A stretch of DNA of 64,000 nt from Camelus ferus. Taxonomy: Eukaryota. Shown here one piece after another: positions 37,215 through 49,276 of this stretch. The stretch lies in assembly GCF_009834535.1 (NCBI RefSeq), contig NC_045696.1:65784001-65848000 (forward strand), in the 5' to 3' direction. The notes under the pieces were generated by a model. The model worked only from the letters and a program-made list of their open reading frames with translations, made no database searches and had not been told where the DNA came from. How positions within the stretch are numbered: position 1 is the stretch's first letter; each line of letters begins with the position of its first letter. Made by a program: the position numbers and the translations under genes.

Positions 37215-38065
37215 AGGCTATGATTGACCTTGTAGAGTCTATCTTCCATTCTCACCGGCCCACCTGGGAAGGTGTCCGCCAGCTGCTTCTGACTCTTTTC
37301 AATACAGAGGAGAGGAGACGCATTCTCCCTGAAGCACGAAAATGGCTGCAGGGCTGAGCCCCTGGGGACACAATGGATGTTGAGGGATGGGCCATAACCC
37401 ATGCCCCTGACACCAGACCAGATTGGGACTTTAACACCCAAGAAGGAAGAGAAGTGCTGCGTGAGTAACAGGAGGCCATCCTACAAGGGCTAAGAGCAGG
37501 AGCCAAGAAGCCAACTAACATGTCTAAAAAGACCACGGTAACCCAGAGGCCAGACGGAATCCCCACTGACTTCTATGAGAGACTATGTGAAGCATTCCGA
37601 GTCTACACTCCTTTTGATCCTGAGGCCCAAGAAAACCAGCGGATGGTCAATGCTGCCTTAATAGCCCAATCATACCCAGATATATGCCGGAAACTCAAAA
37701 AACTGGATGGATTTGCAGGGATGAGTGCTACACAGCTGCTGGAAGTTGCAAACAAAGTTTTTGTAAACCGAGAACTGGAAGCCCAACAAGAAGCAGACCA
37801 GTGAATAAAGCAGAAAGCCGCACTCCTTGGAGCAGCCCTGAGGAAAACAAGCTTCAGCCAGAATCCTGCACTACCCCGGAAGAGGGGACCCCAACCATGG
37901 ATGCCCCTGGGCCGAGACCAGTGCGCATACTGCTGGGAGACAGGACACTGGAAGAACGAGTGTCCAAACAGGAAGGATGAAAAGAGAGCACCCCCAAAAG
38001 GCCTACTTATCAGCTGGAGCCACCAGCCAGTAATCACATCGGACTGGCTGGGGTCGACTCAAAAC
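37214..38065 (+). pseudogene. gag: Remainder of gag (capsid, nucleocapsid), with stops and frameshift
   Basis: QAMIDLVESIFHSHRPTWEGVRQLLLTLFNTEERRRI..., MHR-like QRPDGIPTDFYERLCEAFRVYT, zinc knuckle CAYCWETGHWKNEC (37922-37963). At least three in-frame stops. Confidence 0.93.
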
Positions 38066-38069
38066 AGGA

Positions 38070-38300
38070 GAGACCAGGCTCCCTGCCCCTGGGCCCCTGG
38101 GAGCCCAAGGTCAAGATGTTTATAGGGGGCAAACCAATGACTTTTATGGTAGACACAGGAACAGAGTATTCTGTGGTGACCAAACCTGTAGCCCCCCCTG
38201 ACCAAGAAAAAGGCGACTATTATAGGGGCTACTGGGGCTCAACTGCCAGCCATTTCTGCCAACAATTCTGTCGAGTAGGGGGCCATCTAGTGACACATGC
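38070..38300 (+). pseudogene. pro: Retroviral protease, frameshifted and truncated
   Basis: FMVDTGTEYSVV active-site motif (DTG 38152-38160). Flap IIGATG lies in a shifted frame after a C-run. Confidence 0.9.
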
Positions 38301-38560
38301 CGTTATTCACTGTAAGGGACCATATTTAGTTATATTAACTACCCCTACAGCTGCTAAAGTTGCAGGAGTCATCCCTTGGATCCACCACTCCAGGGTTAAG
38401 AGAGCAACTTCACCTCAGACAGAGGGTCCCCGGAAAACTGAGAGTGTCCCAGGAGACCTGCTCAAGATCAAGATCAAGAGGGACCAGAAAAAGATCGACA
38501 AGCCCTGCTCTAGCCACACCTGGAAGCTGGCTAGTCAACGCACGGCCGAAGCTCGAGGAA
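38301..38560 (+). pseudogene. pol: Integrase C-terminal remnant (RT, RNase H and integrase core deleted)
   Basis: KGPYLVILTTPTAAKVAGVIPWIHHSRVKRA (GPY/F domain) follows protease sequence directly. Confidence 0.9.
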
Positions 38561-38579
38561 AGCTCAATGCAGCTGTTAA

Positions 38580-38753
38580 ATGTATTTCTTTTGTGCCCCC
38601 TTGCCTCTTTCCTTTGCTATACTAGTCTGCGTATTAGCAGTGGGGCTAGCAAGCACCGCCCCACCTGACTGGAACATAGGCCATAGAATCCTGGCAGCTA
38701 TTTTATATCTTGTTATAATTAGTGCCATCACTGCAGCATCATGTCTAAGATAA
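38580..38753 (+). CDS. Putative 57-aa hydrophobic ORF between pol and env
   Basis: Manual translation MYFFCAPLPLSFAILVCVLAVGLASTAPPDWNIGHRILAAILYLVIISAITAASCLR*. Two hydrophobic stretches; below the ORF-track length cutoff. Confidence 0.45.
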   Translation: MYFFCAPLPLSFAILVCVLAVGLASTAPPDWNIGHRILAAILYLVIISAITAASCLR

Positions 38754-38764
38754 TCATAAGGCTG

Positions 38765-39306
38765 ATGTTACTGACGCTAATGCCCTCACTCTACTTGGTT
38801 GTACAATTGCACCTGCATGGAACCGTGTGACAAATGGTCCATGTACCAACCTGTATTTTCAGCTTACAGGTGAATTCAGCCATGATCTCCAACAAATAGC
38901 AGAAACCCTGGGAACTCTGCAAAATCAGATTGACTCTCTGGCTGAGGTGGTCTTACAAAACAGGAGGGGTCTGTACCTTACTCACGGCCAAAGAGGGGGG
39001 GACTATGCCTCTTCCTAAATGAAGAGTGCTGTTTTTATGCCAATCAATCAGGAATTGTTAGAGGGATGGTTCAAGAGTTACAAGACCAAGTGAAAAAGAA
39101 AGAACATTTTAGATAAGAACCCATGGACAGGCCCCTGGGGCTGGACCTCCTGGCTGGCACTGTTCATAGGTCCCTTACTCCTGATTTTTGCAGTTCTGCT
39201 GTTTGGGCCCTGTGTCCTAAACTTCCTGACCCTCTTTGTCAGTGAGTGGATAGAGGCTATAAAACTTCAGATGTTAGCCTCCAATTATGAGACCCTCAAC
39301 AGATAA
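38765..39306 (+). pseudogene. env: env remnant: probable signal peptide joined to TM subunit (SU deleted)
   Basis: LQNQIDSLAEVVLQNRRGL immunosuppressive domain (LQNRRGL from 38953), CLFLNEECC CX6CC (39006-39032), YANQSGIVR, membrane anchor GPLLLIFAVLLFGPCVLN, IEAIKLQM. Frameshifted. Confidence 0.92.
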
Positions 39307-39344
39307 GTGATGATGCTTACTCCAACTAGAGTTGTGAAAGCATC

Positions 39345-39356
39345 AAGAGGGGGGAA
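39345..39356 (+). promoter_or_regulatory. Polypurine tract
   Basis: aagaggggggaa immediately before the 3' LTR TG. Confidence 0.92.
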
Positions 39357-39808
39357 TGTGAAGGAAAAGCTGGGCTGGTCTAACAAGATAACTCACAGGT
39401 CTAGGAATGTGAAGGAGAGGCTGGGCTGGGCTAACAAGTCTAAGTATTGGAATACTGATCTGAGTTCTGCTGGACTAACTTGTAAATCTAAGTTTATCAG
39501 TGTTGGTTTGCTGTTTATGTTTTTTGCTAGCCAGCTGGGTTTTCAAAGATACATATCTGGCTTTGGAATGTTGGTTTGCTGCCTCCCCGCCTCCACCTTT
39601 GTGATGATAATGCTGCTAAAGCTGTTCCATGCCTATTGGCCAAATACCCCAAGCTTGTACTTTACCCTATAAAACCTCATGTGCACATCTTGAAGGTGCT
39701 CAGAGCTTTGGAGCAGAAGCCCCTCTGAGCCCGCCGGCGTAATACATCTGAGTACTCCAACCCTCCAAGTGGTGCTTGTTTCTTGACTGGCCTGTCGTTT
39801 CCGTAACA
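39357..39808 (+). repeat. 3' LTR (452 bp)
   Basis: Colinear, ungapped copy of 34675-35126, followed by TSD ATTT. Confidence 0.97.
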
Positions 39809-41529
39809 ATTTCATTGAATGACATTTGAATATTTGAATATCATCTTATTGGCATACATTATAAAGTTATACTATTATACTATAGGGACATTATCTGTTA
39901 CATGCCCCCAGTACTTGCCAAATACTGTTTATACAAACAAAAATGTATGGAATTGATCAGGTTATTATTTTTCTCTCTTAAGTTTACATTTTCCCAACTA
40001 GGATAGAAAATCTAACCTCAGGGACTATACACAAGGTTTCCTAAAGGGAGGGAAACTTTAAAATAGACACAATTTTAAAACTATACTCCCCCTTCATACT
40101 GGGGCAGAGGAAGTGGATTGTATCTCATCAACTGTGAATTCTGGGTTAAATCTCCTTCTATCTTAATCTTTGTAAAAGAAACGTTAAAAACCCATTTGGA
40201 ATTTGATACTATAACATGTTGTGATTCTTTAAGGATTAGAACATTTGCTTCATATCTACTATCTTTTTCTTTTTGTCTTAATTATTTTGAAGTAACAGCC
40301 AGACTTTATTTATGTTATTTCACCTCTGTATCAGTCAGTGTACATATACATATCCTTAAAAAATAATCTGGATATTTTCCTATATAACCAAATTTCTCCA
40401 GCTGTCTCAAAATATGTTTTTACAATTGGTTTTTTTCAGATAGGAACCAAGTAAGGTCCACACTTTCCAGTTGGTTATGTTGCTTGCATCTCTTTTCATC
40501 TAGAGCAGCCACCCATCCCTTTTGTTTAGTTGTTCCTACTGATGATCTACTAAAGATAACAGATCACTTGCCCTTTAGTATTTCTGACATTCTAAATTTG
40601 CTCTGCTGTTTGTTTTATGATGTTGGTTAATTTATTTCTCATCCCTAGTATTCTTAATATACTAATTATTGGCCCTAGAGATATGGTAAAATTTGGGATT
40701 AGGAGTTTTGTTTGTTTGTTTTTGAAAGAACTTCTTAAGTGGTACCATTTATTTTATTTTACATCATATTGGGAGACATGCAGTGTCTGATTGTCACTTC
40801 TTAATGACGTGATGATTGAGTGTGCAGTTAATTCAGGTCATCAGAATTTTGATTTAACACAACTGTCTGTTTTTTGGCTACAGATAGTCTAAACCCTTCC
40901 AGCTAGTGACATCAAGGTATGGGTTAAATGACTGTGCACAATCCCCTTCTTGGATTCTCAGCTAGGAGACTAAAGATCTGGGAAATTAATTTAGATGTGC
41001 ATGTGTCTTCTAACCCAGGCATATGAACCAAACTTCAAAAGAACTGACTCAAACGGATTATGAAGAATAACAGAATCTGGAAACCCTCCCTCCTCTCCCA
41101 AATATCCATGAAAATACCCTGAAAAGATACAGATGGGAAGGAAAAAGCAACCATGATTCCAGAAACTAAGCATAAAAAGGGTAGAAATAGCAAAATTCTA
41201 GAGGAATATCTTTTAACTTTGATGACGTTATATAAATGTCATTGAGAGCTAATGTATCATTTAACCCCTAAACCAAAAGAGCACTGGGACAATTTTGGGC
41301 AAAACTCACTCATATCCCCTAAATAATTAGTGTGAAGTTTAATTTTATATAGATCTGAGTTTAGTTCTTGGGTTCTTGTCTCTTACCTGCTCTGTAATTC
41401 TGGGGAAGTTACTTCATCTCTATAAGCTTCTATTTCTTTATCTATGAAATATGGGAGGGTTCCATTACTTTCCCTCAGAGTCTTGTATAAGGATTAAGAC
41501 AGAGAATGCAGGTATGAATAACAGTATTA

Positions 41530-41920
41530 TGTTGTTTTAAAATAGGTTTTTATTATTATTCAGATATGGTAAGACTAACAGAAACAACAGCCCTTGAAAA
41601 TATAGTTTGTTTTATTTACAGATGCCAAGAGAAAAGGCACCCCAAGTCATGGGTCAGTCAGGAGGGAGAGAGAGGAAATTGTGAAGAGTCTTTATTGTGG
41701 TTTCTATGGGAAGGAACAGGCAACGCAAGTTAAACATGTGTAGGATTGACCAGTTCGAATAGGTTCTCTGGGCTCTGGGATATAGGGATTGTCTCTAGTT
41801 GTCTGACACCTGACCTGGGTTGATGAAGGCAGGTGAATGGTAGCCCAGAATATGAGAATCCAATAGAGAAATTAGTTGGGGTGTGGGCTCTGGGTTGTAT
41901 TTAAAAGGCATCTGGGCAAA
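41530..41920 (-). mobile_element. Old LTR element (family not assigned)
   Basis: Antisense poly(A) signal (ctttattgtggtttctatgggaaggaacagg) and LTR-like composition. Family from impression only. Confidence 0.45.
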
Positions 41921-42512
41921 TTATTTATTGAATTTTTTATCCCTTCCCCACTGATCTAAAATAACACTGTTTTTATGTATCAATTTCTGCTTTATTCTTA
42001 GATCTGTTTTCCATCTGTGTATTCTTCCCCCTGGACTTCAGAGACCTCCATGGGATTTTTGTATCACTCACTGCATACTGGTTAAATCTTCAGGTGATTT
42101 GCTGTCCTCTTCTTCAGATCCAAACATGATTCCTGTTCCAATAACCTATTTAGTAATAAAACTAGTTATTTGTTCCCCTTCATACATGTTGCACAATGTT
42201 AAACCAGGGACAGAGAAACCACTTCATAAGCTCTGATTCAGAAAGGGGAAGAATACTAGACATACAATAATCATTATTCTGTTTTAATTCAGAAATCCTC
42301 CTGAGCAGTCTTATCATGGATAGTACCTTCCTACCCCTATTTTCGAGGTGGCAGAAGTTATTTGCATTCTTGGAATCAAATAGGCTTTGATTCTACTCTG
42401 GAGGGGAGTCTTTGTCTGTCCACTGTTCTCTGGGACCCCAGACTCTAATCACTGTTAAATTTTTCCTTTGTCTGTTATTAGCCCCACTTTTTTTTTTTTT
42501 TTTTAATGCCAT

Positions 42513-43147
42513 TGAGACAGGAGGGAAGGGGACAGGGGACAGCCATTAAAAGAAAATGACACAGCAATTAGCACCAAGATGGTGGAAGATTCAACTTCCA
42601 GTAGACCTTGAGCTTCATTATTTGCTCACTGAAATACAATAGCCTGCTAAATGGCACTCCCATAGGTGGCAGGACAGTTTCAAGGCTGACCATAAAAGAT
42701 CAAAGGGAGGGTGATGGCCCAGTTCCTGGGATTCCCAGCCCCTTCCCCAAAGTAGTTGGAATAATCCTCCCACTTGTTAGCATATGAAGTTATGGAGCCC
42801 ATAAAAACTAACAACCCCCACACCTTGGGCTGATCTAATTTTTCCCAGCCAACCCCATGCTCTGAGGCCACTGCTCTCCCTTCTGAGTAAGATGGCCCAC
42901 GTTCTGCCTATGGAATGAGTATCTCCAAGGCCCCTTGGCCTTTCTCTTGCCTTTTGAGATGGACTGTACTCTGTCTATGGAGTATGTATCTCTCTGAATA
43001 AATCCACATTCACTCTGCTTTATGGCTTATTCTTGAATTTCTTCCTGTGCGAAGCCGAGAGCCCTCAGCTGGTGGAGTTCATCCCAGGGATTCAACGGAG
43101 ACCTGGGACATGGCCATCCTCTCGTGTCCCTCATTTTTCCAGTATCA
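42513..43147 (+). mobile_element. ERV solo LTR (same family as 32434-33017)
   Basis: tgagacagg...ccagtatca termini, cataaaa TATA-like box at ~42800, aataaa at ~42997. Confidence 0.82.
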
Positions 43148-46100
43148 CTTTTGAGTTTAATTCTTAAGTTCATCTGCACGTAAATTCCCCTTCTGCTTAA
43201 GATAACCAGAGTCAATTTCTATCTTATAACAAAAAAAGTCTAATAAATTCAATGTGATGGTAACTTTTCCATCAAACTACCTCAATAGCAATTTAGTTTA
43301 GACTGAGAAATGTCCTTTAATAAAGAACTTTTAAAATTGCCCATTCCTTCAATAAGTAATTTCTTTTGTTGTCTTTCTCTTCTTCAATCACAGAACTTAA
43401 ATGTCAAGATATCTTCCTCTCTCCAGGAATCTCATTTATGAATATTTGCTCCAATATTTCTTCAGCCCATCCATACTGCTGTTTTCTATTGTAGGTGCTC
43501 AGTTTCCTGCTTGACTCCATGACTGATGTGAAATCTAACAGGTAACAGACATATAGGGGAAGGGAAAGAAAAAAATGCAATTCATGTTTTCTTGATGTCT
43601 GTCTTATTTCTAGGCTTTGTTATGTCAGATTTTTTTCCAAATAATTTTTAAAGGAATATGTGAAAATCCTGGAATAGCACCTATCCAGATTTGGGTGGAG
43701 ACGGTAAGAGAGGGTAGTTTTATTTCTTCCAATATGACAAAAACAACACTAAATATGATGTGTATTTCTGTCTTTCATCCAGTATAAGTCTTTAACAAAA
43801 CTACTTAAAAATCTGTAACCAGAGTAGGTGCAACCTTCCAACCCCCAGGAGATACTGTGCTAATGATAAAAGTGAGGACGTTGTAACAGGGAGGTCAATG
43901 TGAGAAAAGGTAAACGAAGTCAAAGACAGGCAATCGAACTTTTCCTTTAGAAACCAAGAGTAAGAGTGAGACAGCTTTCCTACTGATAATCAAGAAAGTT
44001 TTGTTGGACACTCTCCTTTTTTAGGAATAGGAATAAAATAATTTTTAAGAGCTTGAGGGACAGAAATGCAATTCACTAAATGAGAAGTAGCATCAGTATA
44101 ATGAACTGGAAAAGAGAGAGAAAGCAAAATGGAGAAAGACAATGGGGTATCAGCCAGGGGAATAGGGTGACAAGAATTATTTTACAAAGTTCTCTAAGAA
44201 GGCCAGGAACTCCACATTCAATACATCCATCTGTAAATTTTATTCCCTTTCCCTAGAAGAGCAAAGTTGGATGAGAAAAAAAACCAAAAACAAAAAACAA
44301 AAAACACCTTAAAATAACAGAAATCTGTGAAACTCTTAATGTGAGTTTTCCATTTCGGATTTCCTGAAATTTCACCTGCTTGTCAACGTGGACATCAGTG
44401 CCTTTCCAAAAAAGACAGACCAGAGACTAAACTCATTTGCAATGTATTCTGGCTTTTCCATTGACTATTGAGAACTGTCACTAAAGAAAACAAACTTGAC
44501 ACTCAACGAAAATGAAGCCAGTGATTGTTCTTCAGTATGTGTTTCAGGAGACATGATCTCAGCTAACCCAAGATCTTTCTTCTGAATCTTCTTTCCAATG
44601 GAAAAGGCAGTTCACACACACTGCAAACCTGAATAATCTGTTTAAAAACACCTGGAGCCTCAAGTGTCATAGCTAATGCTATTTCAAATGGCAAGCCAGA
44701 GTTCTTTTCAAATTAAAATATCAGAAGGGTACAACACATTTGGGCTAATAATTTGGAGACCTTTTGGCCATGCATTTATATGAGCATCTAAACAACGATT
44801 GCTTAATTATCACAAATTTTTACTGATGGCTGAGAAATGATTGTAGAATACAGATGAATAATACTCACACATTTAGTAGTTGTATCATGTTAGGGAGTGA
44901 TTTAACCTCTCAGGGCTTTAACTGAAGTATCTTTAAAATGAAGACAAATAATTTATGTGGTTAAACTTTAATTCAAGAGTTACAAACTAAATTCCTTCCA
45001 TATCTATCTGTTATATTTGGATTCAGATACTACTATTCACTTCGTTCAGAAGAGAAATATGAAAGAAAATTGCTTGCGTTAATGATAATATTACGGCATA
45101 TAAATTGTTTGGAGTTGGAGCTGGAAGATACTGTCAGAAAGCTAAAAATGTTGATCAGAAGTGATTTTGCTCACTGTCTTTGTCTTTTTGAGAGGGTCAA
45201 TGAGAGACATTAACTTGCTGCAGGCCACATAGCTGATATCAGAGATCAGGGATTCAAACTTAGAATCCAATAGTCTTCCCACCTCTGAATCAAGTTGGGT
45301 TGTGTAATTTTAACTTAGCCTTTCATCCAATCAGGTAAGATGGTGCCTTTGATCTGTAGCATCTCTGGTAGGGGCTACTATGTTTGTTCTTAATTATTAA
45401 CAGAACTCTTGGGTCTGCTGCTTAAATATCATCTTTGGCTTCCTAATTTTCTCTCTGATACTTGTGAAAATAAAAATACTGCCAAAAATTTATTTAGAAA
45501 GTATTTTAAGTTCATAATTAAATGCCCCACATAATTGCCCTATGAAGAAGGAAAGGAAGTTATCATCACTCCTGTTTTACTGAGGTTAAATAACTTTTCC
45601 CTGTGTTTCAGAGAAACCAAGTTCCCTGTCTCTAATTCTGGAGTGCTTTCCAATGCCCCGAACAGCTGCAGGGACACCAAGATGGATAACCTGCTGCCAC
45701 CAACCTGACACATAGCTTATCTACCCCCACAAACTGGCACAGATTACAGAAAAGTTGGCAGCCTGAAATATGCGGTCCCTTCTCTAAAGAAGATAAACAT
45801 AATTATACAATAAATTACACACTCATTTAAAATCTCATTAAGGTGTTTTGAAACAATTTTACTATTTCTAAATAATGTCAGTTACAGCAAAGGAGTGGGA
45901 AGGAGAGAGGTGATAAACTCCTCGGTACTCAGTCAAGCAAATCCATCAGAGAGAAGTCAAATATATCTCTTCTCCTTCTTGGACTTCCTTATCCAACAAA
46001 TGATGCTAATCAAACTTAACTAATAACTTCATTTGCAAAGTATATTAGTGAAGAATGATAGTCCTCAGGAACGAGTCAGAGTTCACAGGCTGCTGCTTTG

Positions 46101-46589
46101 TACATGCTGAGTATGTTGCTTAACTCTGGAAAGGATATTCAAGTTCACTCACATCTCAGAACTCCTCTAATTTTATTTTCTAAATGCATGAAGATTCATG
46201 ATAGGCTTTACTTTATTTTGAAAAACTACTGAAAGTATATTTCTAATAAATTAGTTTAAAACTGGAAAATACATGTTGTCTTGTAAAAGAATTTTACTTT
46301 TCTATTAATTTTTATTATTATTCCAGAAAGACCGTATCTGCATTTATTGTGGCACTAAAATGGTCAGGGGTTTCTTGTTCATGTATTTTAATCTCTGCTC
46401 ATTCCCTTATGAACTAAATGGTTACCTCTACACAAACATTGAAATAAAGTAAAAGGTAGTCTTGGTAAAGAAAAAAACCATGTGATTCTGCACACAATCT
46501 GCCAGGTCTTGATTTTTTAAAAAACCTGCAAATAGCTTAATCAGACATGATTTTATTTATTATTTAATTTTATTTAGATTTATTAATAA

Positions 46590-46673
46590 TTTTTTAGTGG
46601 TGATACTGGGGATTGTACCCAGGACCTCATGCATGCTAAGCATGTGCTCCACCACTGAGCTCTATCCTCCCCC
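46590..46673 (-). mobile_element. tRNA-derived SINE, Vic-1-like (camelid)
   Basis: gtggtgatactggggattgtacccaggacctcatgcatgctaagcatgtgctccaccactgagctctatcctcccc; same family as 28710-28791. Confidence 0.78.
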
Positions 46674-48442
46674 ACAGATCTTGATTTTTAATGTGAGAGT
46701 GAACATGGATTAGTTTTTCTAAAGCAGTGCTTTCTGAAATAGTTTACTGACTGCAGAATTTGTAAGAAACAAAACTAGATCGGTTTCCTTGAAGATGCTG
46801 TTGATGATGGATATGAGACTTCTTGACACTGGGTCATCCTGTTTTTATCTCAATGTACTTTTGATCTTTATTGTATTAATTTGGAAATATCATGATATTA
46901 GAGCTGTTCAACAGATTCCTGACCCTTCTTGGTGAATATTTGACAAGTGCCCATTAGAGTGATAAATGAATGAATGAATAAATCAATAGATGAATAAAAT
47001 CCTTTCAACTGCTTTTCCTTGAGGAAAGAAGCAACTTCTTCTGAGGAAAACAAGATTCAAATAATAATAATATTTTCTTAAACTTTTGCTTCTCCAAATA
47101 AATGAGAATACAAGTTATGTCATAGGTTCAGATATCTGAATTTATTCTAGGAATATACTCTAGAAATGTTTTAGTTTTTCTGTTTTCTATTTCTCAACTT
47201 AGTAAAACTTATGATATTCTGTTTAAAGTCAATGAGATACATTTAGCGTCAAAGAACAAAGGCCCAAAAGGCATGTAGAACTACGTAGTCCCTCTAGAGG
47301 CTCTATGGCAACGTGGAAAAACATCGTTGAAAACAGTGCCACATTTAACAATATCCTCAGATATGAATCAACCTGAGTTTTAAGATATGACATTTTAAAA
47401 AAGAACCTGGTTTATTTCACATCTCTCCTGATTTAAAGGCAGATCTCTAAAAGCAGATGTTGGCCCTCAGCATTGCCTTCGATAACCCTTTAACTCCTTA
47501 AGACCCGGTGCAGGGGATACATTATACTACCAGTAAGTTAAATTAGCTCAAAGATCACATATTGAGGCCAGAGACTAAAACAAGTAAGAAGAGGGAGCAA
47601 CACAGCATCTAATGCCTGCCTTTAAAGCTGATCAGGTATGTACTCATCAACAAATACTTAAAACATTCTAGCCGTTTTTTGTATCTGTAAAAACAAGGCA
47701 GACATATGCTCTCTGAACTCTTTGCTCTATTTGAAGGAATCTTTCTGGCCAGCCAAAGACCTGGGTTCAAGTCAAAGCCATGACTAAGTTGTGGGATCCT
47801 GGACAAATTATTTTTCAATGTAGAGATACATAGCCCTAAACTGTAAAAGGCCAAGATTGGATTAGGTCTTTTTTTAAGTCAATTTTATGAGTTGATGAGT
47901 TAAAATTTAAATATTTCAAAGATCTGCTAAAAAACACTTAAAGAACCACAGCTTAAAACTTAAAAAAAAAAATCTGCTTGGCTCTCAAAGATCTTGGACA
48001 GTCTTTAAACTACTATATGTAATCTATGTAATAATCTATGTAATAAGATTGAATCTATGTAATAAGATTTGACATTTGTCTTCTATGACTATTTTATATA
48101 TACCATCTTTTCCATGTGGAATGGTCTTTTTATGAGGAAAGGTAAGAATCTTGTATTTTCAACAAAACTGGGTTTATGATGTACTCTTAATCAGGCACAG
48201 TAGTTGGTAAATACTCACTTTTTAACAGTAACAAAAAGTTAAAACTTGGATTCTGCTCAACATCTGGCAATAAATATATCTTTAGCAGGTCACTCCTCAA
48301 CTCTGGAGGTTAGCAGTAGTTTATAATCTATAAAATAAGTCCTACTAAGATTATCTTAAGGATACACTGAACTCTAATATCTATGAAATATCTTATGTCA
48401 TTAAGATCATATATATAGGCTCATACCCTTAATATAATGCAT

Positions 48443-48887
48443 TGCCAACTAAAAATTGGCACTTGCCATCTTCTCTAGAGGATTAAATCATAAGCTGCTG
48501 CAGCCACTGACCTTTAACACACCCTGAAAGGAGTTCAAGGTGGAGATCAGGAATGAGGCACTCTGCTCTGGGAAAAACTGGCAGAACAGGCCTTCAGATA
48601 GTTAGATTTCTCAGATTTTATGAGCCCAAATTCTTGCATCTTCTCATATCTAGAAAAGCAGTAAAATTATTCATGGTGACTTCTGTTCCTCGTGACTAGC
48701 AGCAACCCTCTGCCAAAACGTGTGCTTGACTGCACATACCCCCTTCACTAAAATCATGTATAATAACCTCTTCGGAGCGGCTCCTCAGAGCTGTCTCAAA
48801 TGCTGTCTTCTGGGCTCTAGTCCTCATTTTGTCCCTTCCAAAAATTTAACTCGCAACTCTCACATTGTGTATTTTTTTCAGTTGACA
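48443..48887 (+). mobile_element. ERV solo LTR
   Basis: Short inverted termini tgccaactaaaa...ttcagttgaca. A homologous copy lies at 49277-49640. Confidence 0.75.
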
Positions 48888-49276
48888 AAATAAATGTAAG
48901 TAACATGTATTTATATGTATATATAATTATTTTAACATAATTAATATAATATTTATTGCATACCAAGCAAATGCATTCATCATCCTTAGTACTGTGAGAA
49001 TTCGTGACAATATCTTTTACAATCACTTTTACAGTGGTAAGAGAACTTCGCAAAAAGTGATACTTACCATGCTAAGTATCATTACCCAGTGTGAACTGGG
49101 TTTTAGAAAACATAGACCAAATTATGTTACTTTCCTGCTGAAAAGCCCCAATAATTTCCTATCTCAGGTTAAAATTCAAACAGCTTTTTGGGACTATAGG
49201 CGGAGCCCTTGCACGTAGTTGCTTGTTTACACAGTATCGCTGGCTCAGTGCCCAGCGCATACTATATGCTCGTAAG

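Larger units (their letters stand above)
34675..39808 (+). mobile_element. Internally deleted class I (gamma-like) endogenous provirus, PBS-Thr, carrying a captured ATXN7 mRNA fragment
   Basis: Two 452-bp LTRs, TSD ATTT (34671-34674 / 39809-39812), PBS, PPT, and gag/pro/integrase-end/env-TM remnants in retroviral order. Confidence 0.97.

Noticed and set aside
38116..38625. 169-aa ORF as an intact pro-pol product
   Set aside because: It is a frameshifted protease fused across a large deletion to the integrase tail.
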